A stretch of DNA of 64,000 bases from positions 2,614 to 66,613 of IMG/VR virus record IMGVR_UViG_3300034159_000041; one strand, written 5' to 3'. The DNA is from a virus. Below, piece after piece: positions 57,456 through 64,000 of this stretch (position 1 is the stretch's first letter; each line of letters begins with the position of its first letter). The notes beneath the pieces are model-generated. The model was not told the DNA's origin, did not search any database, and saw only the letters and a program-made list of their open reading frames with translations. The translations under genes were made by a program, and so were the position numbers.

Positions 57456-57528
57456 GGGAAGGGCCTCAGTTTTTGGACTTTGGGCTACGCCAAAATGGGT
57501 AAAAATCCCGTGCGTCGAGGCGTAGCCT

Positions 57529-57655
57529 CGCGCGCGTCTTCTGATATCACTCTAATACAATGTAATGAAGCGCGCGCGTTGATCACTCGCTGTCCCGTGC
57601 GACTTCACGCGCTATCCCGTGCCGCACTCACTCGCTATCCCGTGAGTTATCCACA
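57529..57655. promoter_or_regulatory. Putative TrfA origin: AT-rich stretch, three 17-bp iterons and DnaA box
   Basis: TCAC(T/G)CGCT(A/G)TCCCGTG at 57583, 57605, 57628; TTATCCACA at 57647-57655. Confidence 0.75.
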
Positions 57656-58509
57656 GCCTTGGTCAGCGTGACGAGGTGCTTGTCGACGCTCCACGCAGAC
57701 AGGAAACCGACCGCCTCAAGCTCCGCGAGGGCTTTCTTCAGCGTGGTCTTGGCGTTAACTCCGGTCAGGCCGGCCAGACTGATCAGGGTCTCCGATTGGT
57801 GTGGACCGGGGTCGCGATGCGAGGACAGGTAGGCGTGCAGGCTGCGGGCGGTGGGGCTCTTGAGGGCGCGGCGCTGAGTCAGATCAAGCGAAGACCAGGC
57901 GGATCGGAACAGAACGACAAAGCGCTCGTTGACGCTCAGGGTGTAGCGCTTCGTTACCTTGTCCCTGGCGCTGTCATTGATGAGATGGCCGTTGTATTCG
58001 TGGCCGTGGTCGTTGATGGTCACGGAACCGTCGACCAAGCGCTTGATGACCGAGCGTAGCCAGTCGTGGTCGCTCTTGCCCGTGTGACGCCCCAAGGCCA
58101 GCAGCATGTCATTGGCAGCAAAGCCCACCGAGCCCGACTGCCCGCGCATCCGATGCCAAATCTCCAGCAACACATCCAGATCGCTTTGGTCGAACTGCTC
58201 ACCGCGAAACGTCACCGTGACGCCCGTGACGCTGAACAGCGTCTCGTCCCAAAGCAGGCGCCGCTTGACGCGCCCCAGGGCCGGGAACAAAGCCGAGCGG
58301 AACGCCGATGAGGGCGCAGCGCGCAAGGCATGGTTCCAAAACGGTATCTGCAGCAGATTGACGGGAGGGGGCGGTGGGGGCGGCGCGGGCTGTTCGACAG
58401 GCGGCTTTTCGACTGGCCGCTTTTTGGGTCGTGCAATGGCGCGCTCGCCCACGCCAGCCATTTTGCGCCCGAGCGGGTTTAGGGTAGGATTATCTTCAGC
58501 CGACATCAT
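57628..58509 (-). CDS. trfA: TrfA-family plasmid replication initiator
   Basis: PFW....RAAP....RSALF, F.GEQFDQSDLDV, LLALGR.TGK....WL...IKRL. Confidence 0.8.
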   Translation of the reverse strand: MMSAEDNPTLNPLGRKMAGVGERAIARPKKRPVEKPPVEQPAPPPPPPPVNLLQIPFWNHALRAAPSSAFRSALFPALGRVKRRLLWDETLFSVTGVTVTFRGEQFDQSDLDVLLEIWHRMRGQSGSVGFAANDMLLALGRHTGKSDHDWLRSVIKRLVDGSVTINDHGHEYNGHLINDSARDKVTKRYTLSVNERFVVLFRSAWSSLDLTQRRALKSPTARSLHAYLSSHRDPGPHQSETLISLAGLTGVNAKTTLKKALAELEAVGFLSAWSVDKHLVTLTKAVDNSRDSE

Positions 58510-58533
58510 GCAACTCCCGTGATGAAAGGTTAG

Positions 58534-58563
58534 GACCGGCCGGGGCTCTATCCCCGGCCGGTC
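58534..58563. promoter_or_regulatory. Perfect 12-bp hairpin upstream of trfA
   Basis: GACCGGCCGGGG-6-CCCCGGCCGGTC. Confidence 0.6.
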
Positions 58564-58591
58564 TGCCAATTCTAAGCGATTCCCGCCCATC

Positions 58592-61342
58592 CTAGCCCTG
58601 CAACATCGCCCGCTCGGCCTGCTTGGCTTTCGCCAGGTCCTGCTGAACCAGCGTATCGGCGTGCGCCGCCAGTTCTTCCTCGGTCAGTTTCGGGTTCTCC
58701 AGTTGCAGTTGCGCGATGATCGCTGCGCGTGGGCGGATGTACTGCTTGGCGATCTGGGCATACGTCTGGATCAGGTCAGGTCCGGGGACATCCGCACCCA
58801 TCGCCTTGGCCTTGTTCATGACGCGCGTCAGGGCTTCACTGGCCCACGCCTGACCATCGGCACTCAGCCCAGGGTCTTGCGTGGTAGGGTTCGCCTTGCC
58901 CGCCGCCCGCAACTCACGGGGCACCGACGCCTGGTACGAATCCCAGCGGCGCGTTGCGTCTTTCTGCGCAGCCCCGCCTGCCGTGATCGTCGCCTCGTCC
59001 AGCTTCGCCTGTAACTTCGCCGCCTCGGTGCCCGCCGCCCTGCCCCGCTCCTCGGCCGCAAACCCCATCTGCGCGGAGGGCGCCGGACCTTGCGCCATGG
59101 CCCGCTGCACGCCCGCAGGAGCCGCGCCACGTTGGTTCGGCGGCAGGGCATAGAACGCCCGCGCCCCGGCCAGGTCTGCCTCCTCGCGGCCCGTTTGGGC
59201 TTTCAACGCCTGATACTCGCCCGCTCCCATGTTGGACACGTCGAGCCCGTTGTAGAAGTCCTGCGCCCCCGCCGCTCCCTGGCCATACTTCGCGATGTCC
59301 TCATCGAGCCCCTTGGGCGTGGCCCCGCGCGCACTGTCGGAGAAGATCGCCCGCCCGTACTCGTCGCGCTGCGCTTGCGGGACGTCATAGCCATAGATCC
59401 CCTTGCCCCCTTCGTAGTCGGTGCGCTTGGTGACGCGAGGCGGGAGGACTTCCGGGGCGGTGCTGGGGCCGCGCGTCAGGTCCGCAATGCGCTGGTCCTG
59501 GGGCGAGAGCGGTGGCCGGGCGCGCGTCTGGTCGATCACAGAGAGGAATCGCGGGTCTTGCACCGGGGGAGCGGCTGGGGCGGCTGCTTGTGCCGCGCCA
59601 ACGGGGCTCAGGGCCACCGACACGGGAGCAACGCTACGCTCGCGCACCGCCTTCACAGCCTCGCTCAGCGGGGCATTCATGATGCGCTGGTCGGTCCCTG
59701 GGGCGTTGGTGCGCCCGACGACAGCGGGGTCGGTGACCAAGCCGCGCTGCTGTGCGAACGCCTGCGCCGCCTGGGGTGTCGGGGCTCCGGGGGCGGAGAA
59801 TGCTTGCTGTGGTTTTTGTGGTCGCGGAGTTCCCCACGTCAAATCACCGTAGGCGTTGCCACGGTCGGCGGCCTGGTCGGCGCGTGCCTGGCCTGGGTTG
59901 AACAGCGGGACCAGCGGGGCGGGCTGCGACAGCGCCTGTGCCACGTCGGCACGTACAGCAGGCTCTGCTGCGTCCATCCGCAACTGCCGCATGTACTCCC
60001 CATCGGCGCGCGGGGCTGCTGACGGGGCCGTCCCATACATTCCTGCAACCGTTGGTGGACCGACGTTAGGACGGCCCCGCGGGTCTACGCTCACCCCGGT
60101 GTCCGTCACCATGCTGAACTGCTCCGGCATCGCGGTGTTGCTGAATGGCTGGAGTTGGGCTACTTCACGGTTACGCATCTGGGGGGCGACGGCTGCCGGC
60201 AGTGCGCGCGGCATGTTCAGTGCAATCTGCGCCCCCTCCCGCGTGTTCGGCACCGGGAGACTGCGCATTTCTGCGTCCCCAACCTGCGGAACGGTTGCCC
60301 CCGTCTGCCCATAGACCGCGCGTTGCCGCTGCTCTTGGGTGGCTGCTGCAAGTTCTTCAGGAGTCAGCATCCCACCGCGCGCAAACCCCGGCTTCACCTT
60401 CCCGCCCACCGGCACCGGCGTCGGCCCCGGCTCTTTGCCGGTGGTCGCGCGCACCGCCTCATCCAGAATTGGCGGCCCGCCCATCGCCTGCGCGGTTTCC
60501 CCCGGTAGCACGTACTCAGCCGGCCCTCCAGGTGGTGAGTCGAGCATCGCCGGCACCTGATCCTTGCCGGGTCGGCTGGCCACCGGGACCGGGCCGCCGC
60601 GCTTCATGTTCACGGGCACGGGATGCACGGGCTGCACCGCCCCTCCGCCCCAGTAACCGGGAAGCCGTGGGGTGAGGTCCAGGCCGGTTCCGAAAGACGT
60701 CGCGCCAACCAGTGCGCCGGGAGCACCTGGAGCACCCGGTACCGCCCGAAACGCATCGGTCGCAGCGCTCAGGCCGGTGTTGATGGTGCCAAGCTGCGCA
60801 CCGTCAATCTTCCCGGCCCTGAAATCAGCGAGCGCCTGCCCGCGCTTGTTGATCCCAAGGTCGAACGTCGCATCGCTGCGCTGTTGTCCGGTCAGCGGGT
60901 TGGCCTGCGGTGCGGCCGGTTGCATCGGCTGGCCCACCTGCGGGGCCTGGGGTTGCTGCGCCAGCGTCTGCAGCCCACCGAGCCGCCCCATCAGGTCGGC
61001 TCTCTCGGCGCCCCGGTCCTGCTGCTGGAAGAAGCTCCGCGTCACGCCCCGGTTCTCGTCACGCACGAACTGGTCGGTGTCTCTCTTGGCATGGGCCAGC
61101 GCCTGCGCTTCAGCCGACTGGAAGGGGCCGTTCTGCCAGTCCCTCGCCTCGGGCATCACCAAGCCGCCGCGAGCATAGCCGGCCACCTGTGCGAAAGCGG
61201 CTGCTGGAGTCGCCCGCTTCGATAGGTTTCGCCGATCAATCGCCTGGCCGCCATCGGCGTTACCTTGCGGTGGGGCGAAGGCGGACGCGCCAGAACGCGG
61301 GGCGAGCTTCCTGGTGTGGGCTTTGACTTTGACGGTTTTCAT
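58592..61342 (-). CDS. Probable DNA-ejection/internal virion protein (916 aa)
   Basis: A/P/Q/G-rich; GKDQVPAML...EYVLP motif; repeated xxxGG motifs; same orientation as the giant gene. Confidence 0.7.
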   Translation of the reverse strand: MKTVKVKAHTRKLAPRSGASAFAPPQGNADGGQAIDRRNLSKRATPAAAFAQVAGYARGGLVMPEARDWQNGPFQSAEAQALAHAKRDTDQFVRDENRGVTRSFFQQQDRGAERADLMGRLGGLQTLAQQPQAPQVGQPMQPAAPQANPLTGQQRSDATFDLGINKRGQALADFRAGKIDGAQLGTINTGLSAATDAFRAVPGAPGAPGALVGATSFGTGLDLTPRLPGYWGGGAVQPVHPVPVNMKRGGPVPVASRPGKDQVPAMLDSPPGGPAEYVLPGETAQAMGGPPILDEAVRATTGKEPGPTPVPVGGKVKPGFARGGMLTPEELAAATQEQRQRAVYGQTGATVPQVGDAEMRSLPVPNTREGAQIALNMPRALPAAVAPQMRNREVAQLQPFSNTAMPEQFSMVTDTGVSVDPRGRPNVGPPTVAGMYGTAPSAAPRADGEYMRQLRMDAAEPAVRADVAQALSQPAPLVPLFNPGQARADQAADRGNAYGDLTWGTPRPQKPQQAFSAPGAPTPQAAQAFAQQRGLVTDPAVVGRTNAPGTDQRIMNAPLSEAVKAVRERSVAPVSVALSPVGAAQAAAPAAPPVQDPRFLSVIDQTRARPPLSPQDQRIADLTRGPSTAPEVLPPRVTKRTDYEGGKGIYGYDVPQAQRDEYGRAIFSDSARGATPKGLDEDIAKYGQGAAGAQDFYNGLDVSNMGAGEYQALKAQTGREEADLAGARAFYALPPNQRGAAPAGVQRAMAQGPAPSAQMGFAAEERGRAAGTEAAKLQAKLDEATITAGGAAQKDATRRWDSYQASVPRELRAAGKANPTTQDPGLSADGQAWASEALTRVMNKAKAMGADVPGPDLIQTYAQIAKQYIRPRAAIIAQLQLENPKLTEEELAAHADTLVQQDLAKAKQAERAMLQG

Positions 61343-61356
61343 CCGATTCTCCGCGA

Positions 61357-61390
61357 GAAACCCCGCCGTTCAGGGCGGGGAGGATGTCAA
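61357..61390 (+). mobile_element. Solo IS200/IS605-type right-end hairpin
   Basis: GAAACCCCGCCGTTCAGGGCGGGGAGGATGTCAA resembles tnpB-element 3' ends. Confidence 0.65.
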
Positions 61391-61608
61391 GTGGGTGACA
61401 ACGAACTTTGTGGTTCAACGAGTTGCACCAGCGTGCCCGTGCAGTTGCTGTTGTGGAAGGCCCGCCAATCGCCCGCGTCGCGCGACTCGGGAATGGTCCC
61501 CCACCCAAGCCCGTTTGTTAGCGCAAAGCCCTGCCATTTGCAGCGGTTCATCAGGGTGCAGCAAAACACGCCGGGGTTGCTGAACGGAACGGGGTCTGTG
61601 CTGCTCAC
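61387..61608 (-). CDS. Hypothetical protein
   Basis: GTGA overlap with a 59-aa upstream ORF; stop codon lies in the IS end. Confidence 0.4.
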   Translation of the reverse strand: MSSTDPVPFSNPGVFCCTLMNRCKWQGFALTNGLGWGTIPESRDAGDWRAFHNSNCTGTLVQLVEPQSSLSPT

Positions 61609-61913
61609 TTTGCTTCGTCCGCTTGGGTTGAGTTCGCCGCCCGCCTCGCCACCGACAAAAACATCCTGGCGATGGCGCGCTGCTTTAGGGTGCGCTGGAC
61701 CTGGGGGGGAGCGAGGTCCGGGGGCGACACCATGGGGGTGATCGGCGGGAATCTGCTGGGGCGCGGGGCTGGGGCAGTCGGCATTTTGGTGGCCTAAGTC
61801 TTTCAGGTTAAAAGCAGTTTACTCCATCTTGGCGGGGCTCGCTGAGCGCGCGGGGATCGCAGGGGGGCGGCCTTTTCTTCGGAGCGAAAGCGAAAAACGC
61901 GCGGATGCGCTCC

Positions 61914-62078
61914 GTTTTCAGTTTTGCAGTTTTCAGTTTTAGCGCTTGTTTTCGCTTTACGAATCAGTGTGTTGCGAAGGCATTAGGATACAAAAAAGGG
62001 GCATCAAGGATACAGAAAAGGGGTCGCATGGATACAAAAAAGGGGCATTGAGGATACAAAAAAGGGGTACTTGGATAC
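61914..62078 (+). repeat. Rep_3 origin: GTTTT(G)CA repeats plus four 22-bp iterons
   Basis: GGATACA(A/G)AAAAGGGG at 61986, 62008, 62030, 62052; partial at 62073. Confidence 0.9.
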
Positions 62079-62116
62079 GCTGTACAAATATGTATCTAAA
62101 TGCTATGGTTGACCGT

Positions 62117-63052
62117 ATGAAAACCACAGACAGTCCGCTCGTTACGCAGGCGAACCAAATCGTCGAGGCGTCTTACAAGCTGACGCTGGCCGAAAAGCGC
62201 CTGGTCCTGCTGGTCCTAACCAAGATCGACAGCCATCCAGACAAGCCGGCCGCCCTGCCCGAGACGCTGATCGAGGTCTGCGCCTGCGATGTGGTCGAGC
62301 ACATCAAGCTTCCGCAGAAGAAAGCCTATGAAATGCTCAAGGAGGCGTCCGAGCGACTTGCTGAACGATGGGTCATTATTGACCGTCCTGATCCAAGAAA
62401 TCCAAAACTAAAGCAAACAAGAACCAGATGGGTATATACGGTCAATTATATTCCTGACGATGGTAAATTGCAGTTGCGCCTGTCTGTTGACATCCTCCCC
62501 TATCTCACACACCTAGCTGGTGAGTTTGTCCGCTATCGCATCAATCAAGTTTCCGCCATGTCGTCGGTTTACGCCATCCGACTTTACGAGTTGCTGGTGC
62601 AATGGCTAAAAGAGGGCGAAAGAGAGGTAGAGATTGAATGGCTAATTGAGAAGTTTGAAATACCTGAAAGTTATAGAAAGATGTCGAACCTAAAGAAAAG
62701 GGTTATTGATCCTGCAATCGATCAGGTCAATACTCACAGCAACCTCAACGTCACCTACACCCAGCGCAAACGCGGTCGATCCGTGGTGTCATTTATCTTC
62801 GAATTCGGGATAAAGAAGCAGGCGACCAAGCCGGTCTCTCAGCCGACTACCAAGGCTACTCCAGCCCCACGCCGTCAATATAATAAGGCGATGCAGCAGG
62901 AGCAACCAGCCCCGCAGCCACCAGCGTTTGTACCAGACCCCGCGCCAGCCAAGCGCACCCCAGAGCAGAACGCAAAGGGGCTCGCTGGCATAGGCGATGC
63001 GTTGAAGGCGATCAAGACAGCCGCCGAGAAGCGGCAGACTGGTTCTACATGA
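62117..63052 (+). CDS. Rep_3 (RepB/RepE-like) plasmid replication initiator
   Basis: QANQIVEASYKLTLAEKRL, PYL, SVYAIRLYELL.QW, LKKRVIDPA. Confidence 0.92.
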   Translation: MKTTDSPLVTQANQIVEASYKLTLAEKRLVLLVLTKIDSHPDKPAALPETLIEVCACDVVEHIKLPQKKAYEMLKEASERLAERWVIIDRPDPRNPKLKQTRTRWVYTVNYIPDDGKLQLRLSVDILPYLTHLAGEFVRYRINQVSAMSSVYAIRLYELLVQWLKEGEREVEIEWLIEKFEIPESYRKMSNLKKRVIDPAIDQVNTHSNLNVTYTQRKRGRSVVSFIFEFGIKKQATKPVSQPTTKATPAPRRQYNKAMQQEQPAPQPPAFVPDPAPAKRTPEQNAKGLAGIGDALKAIKTAAEKRQTGST

Positions 63053-63261
63053 TGAAAACAACATGCCCGAAATGCAAAAGAACGAATCTCGTTTTCCAAA
63101 TATTCGCTCCAACTGATATTAAAGCAATTTGCCGTCATGTAAGGCAATGCGGCTTTAGGAGCAGCCTGATTATCGATGGAGTCAAGATGACTGATCAAGA
63201 AAAAATGGACAGTGTAAACGCGGAGTACCAGCGCAAGTGTAACGCCACGGAGCCATCATGA
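63049..63261 (+). CDS. Small zinc-binding protein
   Basis: CPKC...C....CG; ATGA coupling. Confidence 0.55.
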   Translation: MMKTTCPKCKRTNLVFQIFAPTDIKAICRHVRQCGFRSSLIIDGVKMTDQEKMDSVNAEYQRKCNATEPS

Positions 63262-63536
63262 CCGACCAACCCACATTCAGATGCACCGTCCGCGACGGTA
63301 AATTCGTTGAGCCCTGTTCCCTGTTGTCCAGCGCTTGCGAATACGGAAATCCGCGCGGGAAACAGAAGGGCGTGTTTGCTTGGGAGTTGCACACCCCGAA
63401 AGGACCAACGCGAACCATGTTCGGCGTCAAGTCCGGTGAGCATATCTTCAAAGGAGTGATGTTCAACTTCTGCCCGTTCTGCGGCGAACGCATTGACGCG
63501 CCGTTTGCTCAAGACCAAAGCGATACCGACGAATAG
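63258..63536 (+). CDS. Zinc-binding phage protein
   Basis: FNFCPFCGERI. Confidence 0.65.
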   Translation: MTDQPTFRCTVRDGKFVEPCSLLSSACEYGNPRGKQKGVFAWELHTPKGPTRTMFGVKSGEHIFKGVMFNFCPFCGERIDAPFAQDQSDTDE

Positions 63537-63550
63537 GAAGCAAGCCCATC

Positions 63551-63859
63551 ATGAGTAACAAACAGATGCGTACTACTGGCACTCACCCACTGGCCCCTAT
63601 GGTCTTGGCGCTTGCCGAAAAAGGACAGATGATCGACGTAACCACCGTGGCCGCTGCCCTCGCTGGGGCAACCCACTTCATCGGAGCAAACGCGGACAAG
63701 GGGCAGAAAGCATACCGCGTGGTAGCCGCCGATGTGCTTGGGTGCATGGCGGATTGCGGCGCGCTTGTTCAGAGCGGACCATGGTCAAATCCCAAGCGTC
63801 CAGAAGACGGTGGGCCTGCATTTACCGTTCCTTCATCGCCAACAACGAGGGCCGCATGA
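63551..63859 (+). CDS. Hypothetical protein
   Basis: AGGA upstream; 102 aa. Confidence 0.5.
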   Translation: MSNKQMRTTGTHPLAPMVLALAEKGQMIDVTTVAAALAGATHFIGANADKGQKAYRVVAADVLGCMADCGALVQSGPWSNPKRPEDGGPAFTVPSSPTTRAA

Positions 63860-64000
63860 TGCCCCAGGCAAGCGACCGGATGGACGCTCGGAAACCGCAA
63901 TGATACAAATCACCCTATCCGTCGATGCGCGCGCCGATCTGCTGGACTACCTGGAAGCGCACAAACAGCAAATCCGGCTGGGAGGGGATGGGTTCGAGCA

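Noticed and set aside
61360-61390. TTGACA as -35 promoter for the 916-aa gene
   Set aside because: No -10-like hexamer at 16-18 nt spacing
61986-62078. Possible CRISPR array
   Set aside because: 22-bp period with only ~6 variable nt, directly before a rep gene: iterons
62487-62500. 14-bp inverted match (TTGACATCCTCCCC) to the IS end at 61377-61390
   Set aside because: Lies in a normal Rep_3 coding motif (VDILPYL) without the hairpin; probably chance

Overview
This window looks like most of a GC-rich temperate podovirus-like phage, probably a phage-plasmid. Left (minus strand): tail/receptor-binding genes, holin candidates, amidase endolysin, adaptor, N4-gp56-like major capsid, scaffold, P22-like portal, TerL and TerS, plus a GIY-YIG nuclease that has captured a TerS-like N-terminus. 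Middle: a lambdoid early region with a cro/cI switch, a DUF1376 initiator carrying an internal HNH domain, a P-like loader, a YqaJ exonuclease and PAPS-reductase-like, H-NS-like and RNAP alpha-CTD-like proteins. It also holds an intact IscB with a recognisable omegaRNA but no transposase. Right: a 5009-aa DarB-like MTase-helicase/PLxRFG protein that appears to contain nested +1-frame genes, a TrfA replicon with iterons and a DnaA box, a 916-aa probable ejection protein, a solo IS605-type end, and a Rep_3 replicon with 22-bp iterons. No integrase, tRNA or CRISPR array was seen. All family calls come from motif recognition by eye, not from database searches.
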